A stretch of DNA of 64,000 nucleotides, taken from IMG/VR virus record IMGVR_UViG_3300036791_000462, positions 32,001 to 96,000 of that record; one strand, 5' to 3'. Both the position numbers and the translations under genes were made by a program. This document shows positions 27,200-37,957 of this stretch, piece by piece; position 1 is the stretch's first letter; the number at the start of each line of letters is the position of its first letter. Origin of the DNA: a virus. The notes under the pieces are model-generated. The model was not told where the DNA came from. It saw nothing but the letters and a program-made list of their open reading frames with translations, and searched no databases.

Positions 27200-28073
27200 G
27201 ACCGCCCCCGCCTTCGGCTCTCGCGTGCCATCGGTAGCAGGATCAGCAGCAGGTATGCGACACAGCCCACCTGCAACCCCGAACCGGCCATCAGGCGTCG
27301 CCCCACCATTCCTCGTCCTGGGTTTCGGTGTACCAGCGCGAGCCGTGCTGAGGCATTGGTCGTGCGCTCCGTCCGTGCGGGCCGGGGAGCGCCCCGGCTG
27401 CCCACGCTGTGCCACTGGGCGGGCATGACTGGCTACCCCGCAGGTGGACCGGGTCAGGGGTGGTGCAAGCATCGGCGATGGCGTCGAGGCGACGCAGAGC
27501 GTGCTCGCGAGCGAGGTCGTGCGTGAAGGTCATCCGCCGCTCCGAAGCGGCTGTCGGTGGGCCATCCGTACAGCCTCTTTCCACCGAGCCCATGTCCCCG
27601 ACGGCGGCTCACCTTCGCGCCCTGGGAACTCGACCACCTTCTTGCAAATGGTGCAGACCGCGACACCATCGGGGTATCGCGTGAGGTCGTGAACCGGCTG
27701 GCCTGGTCGGCATACCTTCCGGACTCCTGAGCCGCCGCACGTCGGGCATGTATCGACCGGCGGGTCGTCCAGCCACTCGGGTCTGTGGCTCACGCCCGTG
27801 CCATCGCAGTCGGAGCATTGCATCAGCGTCTCCACCCGATCACGAGCGCGCGCTGGGACAGGTACTCGCCCCACTCGTTGCGACGCCACGGGCGCAGGAT
27901 GATCGCCTTGCTCGCATACCGGTTGCCCTCGCGGTCCAGCGTTGTGGCCTCGTCCACGATCCGGTAGCAGGTGCCCTGAATGCAGGTCGTGACGATCAGC
28001 CGCCCGAAGCGCTGGGCACGGAAGCGGTAGCGTCGCTCGGGTTCACGGCCCGCGCTCCTGCTCGCATAGTCGT

Positions 28074-28628
28074 TCATGCCTGCGACCGCCACGACGACGC
28101 CCACATGAACGGGAACCCAGCGAGCTTCGCGCACTGCTCATCCTCAGGCCGGTCGCCGACGAACAGTCCCAGATGCGGCGGGTACATCTCGTCGTAGCGG
28201 TGGGCGATGTCGAGCGCCGCTTCGATCAGCAGCCCCGGCGATGGTTTGCGACACCAGCACCACGCCATCTCGGGGTCATCAGCGTGGGGGTGATGGGAGC
28301 ACCACGCGAGCTTGTCGAACAGCTTGTCGGCCTGGTTGTACGTCTCGGTCATCGCAGCCTGCACCAGGCCGTAGCTGACGAGCCCAAGCGCGATCCCGCC
28401 CTGGTTCGAGACGCCGATGATCCTGCCGCCCTGGCGTTTCCAGACGCGCATCCGCTCCACGGCTTCGGGGAACACGACCACGTCCTCGGGGCCGTTCACG
28501 AACCGGCCGAGCGGGTCGTCCTTGCCTTGGCGGACGGTGCCGTCGATGTCGAGCACGAGCAGCGGCACGCGCTTCTCGACAGCAAACTCGCTGGCCCGTG
28601 CTGCGGCTTGGCTTTGGCTCATAGCCAT
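28074..28628 (-). CDS. HAD-IIIA phosphatase (GmhB/polynucleotide phosphatase-like)
   Basis: LDIDGT, SNQGG, CWCRKPSPG, VGDRPED. Confidence 0.85.
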   Translation of the reverse strand: MAMSQSQAAARASEFAVEKRVPLLVLDIDGTVRQGKDDPLGRFVNGPEDVVVFPEAVERMRVWKRQGGRIIGVSNQGGIALGLVSYGLVQAAMTETYNQADKLFDKLAWCSHHPHADDPEMAWCWCRKPSPGLLIEAALDIAHRYDEMYPPHLGLFVGDRPEDEQCAKLAGFPFMWASSWRSQA

Positions 28629-29086
28629 CCCATTCGCTTCGCGGTGTTGTACAGCAACAGCCGGACCTCCGGGCCGTAGTCAAACCGTGTCGAGTTCTGC
28701 ACGATGCTGCGACCCAGGTCACCGTCGGCGTGGCGGAGCGTCGCGGCTTTCCAGTCGGCGAGCATCTCCAGCACCTGGATCAGGTCCATGTCCCGCATCC
28801 CGTTCTCGAAATGCTCGGGGTGATGGTCGTTCTGGCGGTAGTGGTGTTTCAGCCCCTCGCCCATCCCGAGCAGGAAACGCTTGTACTCCTCAGAGCCGTA
28901 GGTGCTGTCTCGCAGCTTCGGGGTGTACTCGTTGAAAACCGCCAGTTCGGGCTCGACCATCTTTGACTCGTCGTGGTGCTCAGCGCGGATCTGCAGGTCC
29001 ACGATCACGGCTGCCAGCAGTTGCCGAACCTCGACTATGTGATCGAGCGTGTCCCGGCGGCTGTCGTAGCTCGTTGCCTCAGCCAC
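28619..29086 (-). CDS. HD-like metal-binding protein (DUF5662-like)
   Basis: HHDESK, HHYRQNDHHPEHF, EMLADW. Confidence 0.7.
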   Translation of the reverse strand: MAEATSYDSRRDTLDHIVEVRQLLAAVIVDLQIRAEHHDESKMVEPELAVFNEYTPKLRDSTYGSEEYKRFLLGMGEGLKHHYRQNDHHPEHFENGMRDMDLIQVLEMLADWKAATLRHADGDLGRSIVQNSTRFDYGPEVRLLLYNTAKRMGWL

Positions 29087-29540
29087 GCGCGTAGCCCTCG
29101 ATACCGAACTCGGCGAGGAGCGCGATCACGCCCTCGCTGATCTCACGGTCGGGCATCACCACGTCGGGAGCTTCGCGCATCACCGCGCCCGAGCCCGCAC
29201 CGGCCGCCTGGAACGCGATCTCGCGGACACGGTCATCGAACCCGCGTTTGCGCTCGGTGCGGACGCCCTCGTCGTAGCCGGACATGATCGCGTTCGCGAA
29301 CCAGCCGATCATCGTGCCCTCGTCCGTCGGGATTCCGGGGTTCAAGCGGACGATCCGGGCGAACTCCTGCGCCCACGTCTGCGCGTCGGTGTTGCCGACT
29401 AGCTCCATCTCAACGTTGCTCACGGCATCTCCCTCGTGTGAGGCTTGGGCCTTCAGGTATCGGTAGCGCCGCTCGGCCACGCGGCCCGGTTCATCGTTAC
29501 TCACGCTCACGGAAGCTCCTTCATTCGGTGATCCACACAC
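29079..29540 (-). CDS. Hypothetical protein (start uncertain)
   Basis: DAQTWAQEF...MIGWFANAIMSGYD. Confidence 0.5.
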   Translation of the reverse strand: MCGSPNEGASVSVSNDEPGRVAERRYRYLKAQASHEGDAVSNVEMELVGNTDAQTWAQEFARIVRLNPGIPTDEGTMIGWFANAIMSGYDEGVRTERKRGFDDRVREIAFQAAGAGSGAVMREAPDVVMPDREISEGVIALLAEFGIEGYARG

Positions 29541-29937
29541 TCCTGGAACTCCGCTGCGAACCTACCGCCGCCACGAGCCGCCAGGCCGAATATCTGCGTC
29601 ACGATCCCCGCTGCGCCATCAGGGCCGAACAGGTACATCTGCTTGACGCGGTCGGTGGCGTAGTTGATCCGGCCCTCCATGATCAGCGCCATCGACGGGG
29701 CCTCGTCGCGTTTGGAGTCCACCAGGATCACCTCGTTGTAGTCGAGCAGCACCGCGCCGCGCATGTCGAGCAGCGAGTCGCCCCGGCCGTACGGGGAGCC
29801 GCCGACGCTGTCACCGCCGCTGCGAGCCGGATCGTGAAGTTGTTCGGCGTGCTCGCGCATCACCGCGCGCAGGCGTTCCACCTCACGCGCAAGGTCGGCT
29901 TTCGGCCAGTCCATCAGACGGGCGGGAGGCGGTCCGC

Positions 29938-30411
29938 TCACACTGTTTCCGGCAGCGCCAGCAGCGGCGCTTCTAGCTCGATCCGGCCGTCGTGAGCAAG
30001 CTCCTCGTAGACGGTCCTGTTGGTGCGCGGGTTGATCAGGTGCGGCAGGAACGCCTGCTCGAAGCTCTCCAGACCCTCGTCCACGGCCACCATCCGGGCC
30101 TTGAGGTTCCACGCCAAGACACGCCAGATCCGCCGCTCCTCCTGCGCGTACATCTCGTTGCGAATCTGGGCGACGGTTTTGACGTGCGCGCGCACCGCTT
30201 TGGCTCGCACGTCGTGCTCGTTGACGAGCGTCAGCGGCACGCGCATGCGCACGGTGTGAGCCTTGATCGTGAACGTGATCGCTGCCCACCGCCAGTTGCC
30301 TTCGCGCTCCTCACCGAACGCGAGCCGGTCAGCGCCGTGGTCTTGCAGCAGCTTGCGGATCTCCGCCTGCGAGCGTTCAACTGCGACGGTAGTGGTTGCG
30401 TATGCGGTCAT
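29938..30411 (-). CDS. Conserved phage hypothetical protein
   Basis: YATTTVAVERSQAEIRKLLQDHGA...WRVLAWNLKA...FEQAFLPH. Confidence 0.65.
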   Translation of the reverse strand: MTAYATTTVAVERSQAEIRKLLQDHGADRLAFGEEREGNWRWAAITFTIKAHTVRMRVPLTLVNEHDVRAKAVRAHVKTVAQIRNEMYAQEERRIWRVLAWNLKARMVAVDEGLESFEQAFLPHLINPRTNRTVYEELAHDGRIELEAPLLALPETV

Positions 30412-30816
30412 GTCGCACTTGGCCCCCGGCTCGTGGCTTCGGATAGCGCTCGTCGCGTTTCGGCTTCGATCTCCTCAAGCCATGCCGACGTTTGGAGCGC
30501 CTGAGCGCTGTCGGCAGGGAGCATTTTGGCTTGGTTCATGTGCTCGACCGTGGCCCGTAAGAACACGGCGGCAGCGAAAGACAGGGTGACCGTGACTGAC
30601 GCTTCGCTTCGGCCCATCAGGATTCGGACTCGGCGCACATCGGGCAGCGGTAGCGCTCGGCAAACTCGCGCCACAGGGATTCGGTCATCCCGACCTTGGC
30701 GGCTGCCGGTGGGATGTCCGGCAGGAAGTCGAGCAGCGTGCCGGTGCCGAGTGGTTGGTCGCAGGCGACGCATCGTGGGGGTTGGGCACGCACGACGCCT
30801 TGTGTTTCGTAGCTGC

Positions 30817-31107
30817 TCATACGCTCAGGTCGATGGCGTTGCGGTGATACCCGGAGTCGGGGTCGGCTTCGTGCTCGGCTAGCAGCCGCATCACCCGGTC
30901 GGTCACGAGCGGCTGTAGATCCTCGGGGACGCTGTCGTAGAAGGCCTCCAGCGGGATGCCCTGAAAGAACCCGCCGTCGCGGATGATCTCCTCGTCGGAG
31001 GGTTGCTTGGCGAACTCTTGCCAGAACGCCCCGTTGCATGGGTGGTCGTATCCAACGACAACTCGTTCCTGGCCGGTTGGGTATCTGCTCAGGATGATTC
31101 GGCTCAC
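30817..31107 (-). CDS. Hypothetical protein
   Basis: Follows GACCGAGGAG and a variant promoter repeat at 31115-31170. Confidence 0.55.
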   Translation of the reverse strand: MSRIILSRYPTGQERVVVGYDHPCNGAFWQEFAKQPSDEEIIRDGGFFQGIPLEAFYDSVPEDLQPLVTDRVMRLLAEHEADPDSGYHRNAIDLSV

Positions 31108-33105
31108 GGCATTGCTCCTCGGTCGGTGGGTAGAAAACCAACCCTAGCGTACGCACCTGACGTGTGTTAGGTTTCCCGCAACGAGCGGTCCTGAGTACGG
31201 CAGGGGAGCCGCCTCAAGCCAGCCTGTCGCCCCCGGCAGGCTCGCAGCGAACAGGAGCCCCGGTTCTGAGCACAATCAGCCGGGGCTCCTGTTTTGACAT
31301 TTCGCGGCGCAACGCTCCTTCTAGGTAGGTATGGGCTACTACACGTTCGCGACTACCAACCACGCGCCGCGCTGCCAGCGGCAGATCGAGCCGGTGCTCG
31401 TCCGCCTCACCAAGGCTCGCTACAACCTTGCGCCGCTTCAGACGGTGCGTTTCACGCCTCGGTACTTCGAGCCGGTGTCGTGCACCCGGCCGATGGTTTA
31501 CGGCGTCGGAGGTGTCTCGCCGCGCATTCGCATGCGCCGCCAGGATCAGCTTGGGGTGCGCCGGATGCCGACGGATCGTTACGAGCCGATTGGGTAGAAA
31601 GAAGGTGCCCTCCGGACAACGGCGTCCTTGGCCGGTGAAGCGGGGCAGGGGTGGTGGGAAGTGCTCTGGCAACCACCACCAGATGAATGCAACTGCATAC
31701 CCGGTGGTGGACGCCAGCCGTGGCCGGGGGGTTCGGCTGACGCCCACCTCCTGGTTGGGAGGAGGGGCGTCGGCGCTTCGGGAGCGACCGGATTTGTTAG
31801 TAGCCGCCGACGCCGCTTGCAATGGTGCGGCCTGGTGCTTTTCGGCAGGTGAAGTTTTCGGTGCTTTGGACGGATAGGCAGGCGCGTCGGACTGTCTGGC
31901 AGGGGGGCGACAGCCGACGCGCCTAACGATTCAACGTAGGCGACCGGGCCGGACTTTGGGCTACAACGCGTGAATCGGGCGGAGGTCCACCGGCTGGCCG
32001 CACTTCTCGCAACGCACATCGGCGGCCCCGTCGTTCAGCGCGTCGAAGCTTGCGACCTGTAGCGCCTGCTCCAGGACGGCGTGCGCGCCTCCCTCCGGGC
32101 AGTCAAGTCCGTCGGGGGCGAACACCCCAAGTTCGCGCAGCGAGGCGTTCAGTGGCTTGCTCACGCGGTCGTGGGGGCGGTTGCGGGCGGGTTGGCTGCT
32201 GCCGCGTTGATGCAGGTGGGGCACACGACTTTGATGGCTTGCGGGTAGCCGGGTTCGCATTTCACGCCCTTGCCACAGATGATGCAGGGACGGATTGACC
32301 ACATAGTGGTTCTGACACTCATGAATGCCGCCTTTCGGCATGCGGCGTTCAGGCCGCTTTGAGTCCTTGCGCGGCGTCGCCGAGGATCAGGTCGAGCGTT
32401 TCGATGCCGCGTTCGAGTGCTTGGGCTTGGGGACCGGTGATGCTGCCTTGACCGTGGAGCGGTCCTTGGTGTTGGGTGGCGCTTATGTCGAGCAGCCACT
32501 GGCGTAGCTCAGGCAGGGACATTGGGGGCATGCGTCCTCCTCGGTCGTAGGGATCCGGGGATGCTACGCCTCTGAGCGCGGTCGCGGAAGTGTTTTCGAG
32601 CGGGCCGTGGATCTTGCAGTCGCGGCCTGCGTGGTGTTCAGCGCAGGCGTCGAGCGGGTTCATGCGGCGTCCAGTTCGAACGGGATTTCGTCGGCGACGT
32701 TGGCGGGGGTGATTTGGATCGTCGCGTGAACGTGGACGATCTCGACACCGTTGTCGTGTTCGATGTCCACGTCGTCAAGGCTGAAGCCGGTCAGCGCGCA
32801 GCCTTGTTCGCGGGCGATGCGACGCGCCATCCGGATTGCTATTTCGGTGAAGGACTCCATAGGGCCGGTAGATACCCCATCGGTCGGACGTGCTCACACG
32901 GTCAGTTCGGGGAAGTTGCGCTCCTGGCGCTTGGCTCCGCTGGCGGCAGCGGTCAGCGCAACAGCGAGCGTTTTGCCCTGGCCGGTGTTCGTTTTGACCC
33001 ACCGGCCGTACTTCTTGTCTTGGCGGCGCAGGTCGCAGAACCACGATCCACCGAGGGTGCCGGGCTGGTGGCGAACGTCTATCGCCCAGCGCGGGTAGTC
33101 GTCGT

Positions 33106-33387
33106 TCATCGTCTCGATGTGCGCTCGGCGTGCTCGGCGGTGAACTGGTCGGCTTCGGGGCAGTCGGCGAAGTGGTTGAGGTGCAGCGGCAGGCTGTGTT
33201 TGCGGGCGAGGTCGAGGCTGATGCCGCTGAGTGTGATCGCGAGCTTCTGTCCAAGGTCGCGGGGCGCGAGGATCAGCACGTTGCCGTTGTCGGACGGGTT
33301 GGTGTTGATCGGCGCGGTTTTCCCGGCGGCGGTCAGCGCCCACGTCAGCGCCTGGCCGCACGCGGAGCAGTGGTTGAGGTTGTTCAT
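33106..33387 (-). CDS. Small Zn-binding protein
   Basis: CSACG...W...HFADCP. Confidence 0.6.
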   Translation of the reverse strand: MNNLNHCSACGQALTWALTAAGKTAPINTNPSDNGNVLILAPRDLGQKLAITLSGISLDLARKHSLPLHLNHFADCPEADQFTAEHAERTSRR

Positions 33388-34100
33388 CCTTGGCCCATCG
33401 TTTCGATAGGGATGATCTGCAGTTCTTTGCCGTTGGCTTTGAACAGGGCGGTGAGGTGGACGAGCAGGTCAGCCATCGCGTCCACGTCATTGTTGTAGCC
33501 GTGGAGGCTGATACCGCCGTGTTGGCCGTCGTCCAGGAAGATGATCGCCTTGTCGCCGAGTCTGGTTTCGGGGTGGGCGTCCATCGCTTTGCCCATCGCG
33601 TCGCAGATTCGGGTCAGGCGGTCGTGCGGTTTGCCCTGGGTGCGTTTGAGGTGGTTGTTGTTGGCGCTCATGGCTCGGCGCGCGCTCGGATCAGCCCGGC
33701 GATTTCGATGGCGTGAACGGGGGTGACCCCGGCGCGGTTGCGTTGGAGGTCTTCGATTTGTTGGGCGGCGCGCATCAGGTTCGCCCACGTGATTTGTAGG
33801 GTTTGTTCTTCTCCAGCCGCATCTTGCCGTGCTGCGGACATTTGGGTGCTGGGTCGCCTTCTCGCTGGAAGATGCGCAGCGGTGTTTTGGCCTTGTAGCA
33901 GGCGTCACAGACATAGGCGCGGCGTTCAGACACGGCTCCGTCTCCATTGCGTGGGGTCGCGCAACCAGTCGCGCAGGGCTTCGATGGCGCGGTCACGTCT
34001 CTGTTCGGCTCGGATGTACACGCCGACGCCGTCCACGTTCGTTGCGGCCTGCGCGTCAACGACTTCTTGTGCCAGTCTCACAAGCGTTTCGGTTGGCGTT

Positions 34101-34436
34101 TCAGGCACTGTCGCGGACGGGGATGTGCGGGCCTTCGTGGCCTTTGGGGAGGCGGCAGTGTCCGTCTTCTGACTGGTGCCAGCACGCTTCGTAGCCGTAG
34201 ATGGTTTGGTCGGGGTCTGGGCCTTCGGCTACGGCGATGCGGATGATGTCGTTGCCGCACACGGCGCACTCAATCGTGAGGGTTCCGGAGACGGCGTTGT
34301 AGACGGCCCAGGTGGGTTCTGAGGGGTGGCAGTTGCCGTGGAGGTACAGGCCGTCGTGGGCGGTGTGGTCGCAATCTGGTTCGTCGCAGCTAACGCGGTC
34401 GAGTTCTTGGCGGGTGAGGGTTCGGTCTACGGTCAT
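34101..34436 (-). CDS. Cys/His-rich hypothetical protein
   Basis: CDEPDC, CHP, CAVC, CRLPKGHEGPH. Confidence 0.5.
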   Translation of the reverse strand: MTVDRTLTRQELDRVSCDEPDCDHTAHDGLYLHGNCHPSEPTWAVYNAVSGTLTIECAVCGNDIIRIAVAEGPDPDQTIYGYEACWHQSEDGHCRLPKGHEGPHIPVRDSA

Positions 34437-34620
34437 GGCTGTCGCCCTTCGAGCAGCACGGTGACTTCTTCGCGGATCACTTCGCGGATGCCTGCCCAGA
34501 ACGCGCGCTCGCGTGTTTCGGAGGCGAGGATCGCTGCGCCCTGGTCATGGCCGAGGTATTGCGCGGGGAGCGTGTGGATGTGGCGGATGGCTCGCACGGC
34601 TTCGGGGATCGGGTCGTCGG

Positions 34621-35160
34621 TCATGGCTCGATCAGCCCGCGTTCGAACTGCTTCTGGAACGAGTTGTCTGGGTCGAACTCGAAGCGGTAGGGCTCGGCTC
34701 GGAACGGAACGTCGTCGCTGTCTGGGGTGCCGTAGACGGGTTGGAGGTCGTCGGTGTCTACGGGGATGTCGGTGTCCTGGGTGTGTGCTTGGCGGACGCT
34801 CGGGTTCTCGCGCGGGGTGCTTGAGCCGCTGGTGCCGGTGCGGGGCATGATCGCGTCGGCGACTACGTCTATCGCTTCGCGCTTGTTGCCGTCTTTCTCC
34901 CATTCACGCCAGCGGAGTCGGCCGGTGACCGCGAGCCCGTCGCCTTTCTTGAGGTTGCCTGCTACCCATTCGCCCATGCCTTTCCAGATGGTGATGTTGA
35001 AGTAGCCGGGTTTGTCGATCCAGTTGTCGCCGTCTTTGGTGCGGTCGTTGACGGCGAGGCGGAGGTCGCAGACGGTGGTGCCGGATGGGAGTGTGCGGAG
35101 TTCTGGATCTCTGGTGAGGTTGCCGCTCAAAGCGACGTGGTTCAAAGTGAATCCGGGCAC
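34621..35160 (-). CDS. ssb: Single-stranded DNA-binding protein
   Basis: LNHVALSGNLTRDPELRTLPSG...LKKG...GRLRWREWE; acidic DDVPF motif. Confidence 0.93.
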   Translation of the reverse strand: MPGFTLNHVALSGNLTRDPELRTLPSGTTVCDLRLAVNDRTKDGDNWIDKPGYFNITIWKGMGEWVAGNLKKGDGLAVTGRLRWREWEKDGNKREAIDVVADAIMPRTGTSGSSTPRENPSVRQAHTQDTDIPVDTDDLQPVYGTPDSDDVPFRAEPYRFEFDPDNSFQKQFERGLIEP

Positions 35161-35410
35161 GTCAGTTCTCCTCGGTCGGGGGTTTGGTGGTTGGTGGGTT
35201 GATGGGGCTGAGTGCGGTGATGGCGTAGCTGAGCGGGCGGCTGTGTTCTCTGGCTTCTTGTTCGGTGATGGTGGGGAGGCGGTGTGCCGCGCGGTGGGCG
35301 CGGATCAGGTGGATGGCGGTCGGGATCAGGACGGCGAGGATGACGATAGCTACCACGGCGATGTAGACGGTTGTCACAAGTTGTGTGTTTGGGGGGGTTT
35401 GGCGGATGGG

Positions 35411-35701
35411 TTAGACGCGGGCGCGGGGGCGTCTGTAGTTGCACAGGCGGCAGATGCCTTCTCGGAGGATGCCCTGTTCGCAGCGTGGGCAGAGTTCGAG
35501 TGGTTGGGCGGGTAGCTCGGCGTTGGCGAGCGGGACGGCGAGGTACTCGGCGAGTGCTTGTTCCACGATGCTGGAGATTGATCGGCGTTTGCCTCGGGGA
35601 GTGAGTTCGGTTTGCGCTTGTGCTTGGAGGCGTTTGACGAGTTCGGGGTGCAGCGTCCAGTTGACGCACACGCGGATTCGGCGGTCAGTTCTGCGGGCCA
35701 T
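35411..35701 (-). CDS. Ribbon-helix-helix DNA-binding protein with Zn ribbon
   Basis: VNWTLHPELVKRL...SISSIVEQALAEYL; CPRC...CRLC. Confidence 0.6.
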   Translation of the reverse strand: MARRTDRRIRVCVNWTLHPELVKRLQAQAQTELTPRGKRRSISSIVEQALAEYLAVPLANAELPAQPLELCPRCEQGILREGICRLCNYRRPRARV

Positions 35702-35990
35702 CGGTCAGCAGGTAGCGCTCGAACGCAGCGGTCGCGAGTTCGCGGTCCTGGTGGGTGGAGAGCACCTCGCCGTCGGGGGCGACGAGCGCCCACCCGTCGT
35801 CGCTTGGTAGGACTCTGGTTTGGCGGCGTTGGTGGTGGCGGCAGTGGGCGCACTGGGTGGGGCAGCGCGGTCGTTTCGGGATCGCTTCGGGCATCGCGCA
35901 GTGAAAGGGGGTCTGTGAGCTTGCCTGCGGCTCGCTGACGCCCTCCGCGCTGGTCGGCGAGGGGTCGGGTTCTGGTTCGCTCACACGGCG

Positions 35991-36401
35991 TTAGGGGGCG
36001 TTGGTTGCCTGTTCTGCGAGTGACCGGCCGAGTTCGACCTGCAGCACCTGCCAGTGCGCGGCGACGGCGTAGCGGAGCGCGTCGAGTTCGGAGTCGAACA
36101 CGACCGCGTCGAAGCTGCCGTCGTCGTTGTCCGGGTTGTAGCCGAACGCCATCCACAGGTCGCTGACTCGTTTGTCGCGCACGACATCGCGCTCGCGGGC
36201 GACGGTGAGCAGCGGGTCGGGCTCGGCGACCTCGACGGGTTCGTCGGCGACCTCGTAGCTCGCTTCGTCCACCGGGTCGATGGGTTCTTCGCCGTCGGCG
36301 AGGCGTGGAAGTCCCATCTCCAGCGCGCGTGGGCAGTCCCCGGCGTGGCGTTCGAGCGCGTCGAGGACACCGCATTCGCGGCAAGGTTCAGCGACGGCCA
36401 T
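35991..36401 (-). CDS. Hypothetical acidic protein
   Basis: CREC...H..DC N-terminus. Confidence 0.5.
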   Translation of the reverse strand: MAVAEPCRECGVLDALERHAGDCPRALEMGLPRLADGEEPIDPVDEASYEVADEPVEVAEPDPLLTVARERDVVRDKRVSDLWMAFGYNPDNDDGSFDAVVFDSELDALRYAVAAHWQVLQVELGRSLAEQATNAP

Positions 36402-36651
36402 CGACTACCGCTGTTTGGATCCGGACGATCAGTTCGGAGGACTCGACGGCGGTCAGCCCGTCGGAGCGGACGATGTCGCGGGCTAGCTGCCCGAGGCGGC
36501 GTTCTTTGTCCTCGTCGGACTCTTGTATCTGGAGTGCTTCGGTCACCAGCGCGGCCCATTCCTCAAGCTCGCTCATTGTCTGTGCAAGCTACCACCGCAG
36601 GCTCACGGAAGGCGCTATGAAATGCCGCTGTTTGCGGGAAGTTCCCCCCGT

Positions 36652-36700
36652 ACACGCTCACGTTGTGTGCTATGTTCTTAGTGCGGGTGTGGGAGCCCGC
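36652..36700 (+). promoter_or_regulatory. Promoter repeat in plus orientation, upstream of a structured region and tRNA
   Basis: CACGTTGTGTGCTATGTT CTTAGTGCGGG..CCCGC matches repeat consensus. Confidence 0.65.
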
Positions 36701-37048
36701 GAGAAGGCCCCGGCGGGACGCACAAAGGCCTCCCAGCCCAATGGCTCGCCGGGTCGCCCCGATGGGATTCCCTTCGGAGTGGAGATCCGCCGCGACGCTC
36801 ATCCGCGAGCGGCGCAGCAGATCCCGGAGGGTCCGGACTCGGCTTCCGGACGGGGCACCGCAGAAGTGTGTGACGTGGGCATCCTTCAGGCGTGGAGAGC
36901 CGAGGATTGTGCCCGGAACGCCAGCGTCCGGTGTATCGAGGGGTTGATCTCCCTTGACGGGACGCAGCGACCACGGACGAATTGCCAGGAGGAGGGATCC
37001 TCGTTGTGCTGGTGAGTGAGGGCCGGTGGGTGTCCGCGTCGAGATCTT

Positions 37049-37121
37049 GCCGCTGTCGTCTAGCAGGTCAGGACGCCGCCCTCTCAAGGCGGAAGCACGG
37101 GTTCGAATCCCGTTGGCGGTG
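37049..37121 (+). tRNA. tRNA-Glu (anticodon CTC), CCA not encoded
   Basis: Acceptor GCCGCTG/TGGCGGT, D-arm GTCTAGCAGGTCAGGAC, anticodon arm CCGCC-CTCTCAA-GGCGG, T-arm ACGGG-TTCGAAT-CCCGT. Confidence 0.9.
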
Positions 37122-37124
37122 CTC

Positions 37125-37517
37125 TTACAGCGTTGCGCCTGCTGTCGCGAGGATGTTGCGCAGCGTGCCTGTCGGGATCGAGCCGGTGTGCGTTGGGACG
37201 ATCACGCGCCTGCCGCCGTCGGGGTGTTCGAACACGGCGTGGCTGCCTTTCTGGCCGACTCGTTTGAACCCGGCTTTGCGGAGCATGCGGTGGATCTGCT
37301 TGGCTGTCATCGCTGGCAGCTTCGAGGGTGGGTGCGCTGCGTGGATCACGCCTGAGAGCGTGAACTCGCCGCTGCGGTTACGCGGGTGCAGGATCTCGTC
37401 CCACGCGAAGTGCGACGGGTCGCGACGTTCGAGGATCAGGGTCGCGGCGCGCATCGCTACCGGTCGGCTCAGGCCGCGCGCTTCGTGGATCGCGACCTGG
37501 TCCCAGTAGCCGGGCAT
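37125..37517 (-). CDS. hicA: HicA-family mRNA interferase with N-terminal HPR-tag extension
   Basis: MLRKAGFKRVGQKGSHAVFEHP...VIVPTH...IPTGTLRNIL; N-terminal WDEILHPRNRSGEF. Confidence 0.85.
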   Translation of the reverse strand: MPGYWDQVAIHEARGLSRPVAMRAATLILERRDPSHFAWDEILHPRNRSGEFTLSGVIHAAHPPSKLPAMTAKQIHRMLRKAGFKRVGQKGSHAVFEHPDGGRRVIVPTHTGSIPTGTLRNILATAGATL

Positions 37518-37759
37518 GGCCGGATCGTAAGGTGGTCTGGCGACCCGGTCACAGATCGAACCGGGTCGCCTGGTTTTTGCGGAGGCTCTGGCGGGATCTG
37601 TCCCTCAGGTTGGGTCGCCGCCCTCCTCGTGCTCTACGTCTCTAACCGTGCTCGCGGGCTCGGGTGTGACATCCACCTCGTAACGTCTGACGTGTGTTGT
37701 AGGTTCCCGCGTGGCACGGCTGGTCTGAGCGCCCTCGCTGAAAATGCGGGGGCGCTGCC

Positions 37760-37957
37760 TTATGCGGTCTGGAAGTCGATGTGGTCGATGTCGGCCGGGT
37801 CGTACACGGTCAGCGTCGGCGTACCGCTCTCGTCGGTGGTGGTCACGTGAACGTTGCCGTCGCCGACGATCCCGATGTGGGTCACGTCGATGGGGGTGTC
37901 GGGGTCTGCGGCGAGGAACACGCGGCCGGGCGTGTCGGTGGGCCGGTACGCCATCAC
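37760..37957 (-). CDS. Small hypothetical protein
   Basis: GTGA-coupled to amidase. Confidence 0.55.
   Translation of the reverse strand: MMAYRPTDTPGRVFLAADPDTPIDVTHIGIVGDGNVHVTTTDESGTPTLTVYDPADIDHIDFQTA

Noticed and set aside
31294-31330. Sigma-70 promoter from TTGACA at 31294
   Set aside because: No TANNNT at a 16-18 nt spacing; downstream plus-strand ORF 31331..31597 has no recognisable features
36680-37048. tmRNA or RNase P RNA
   Set aside because: No tRNA-like GGGG..CCA ends with tag reading frame, and no RNase P P4 consensus recognised
37049-37121. tRNA as a prophage attachment site or host boundary
   Set aside because: Phage-type genes continue on both sides, and there is no integrase or duplicated tRNA 3' end in the window
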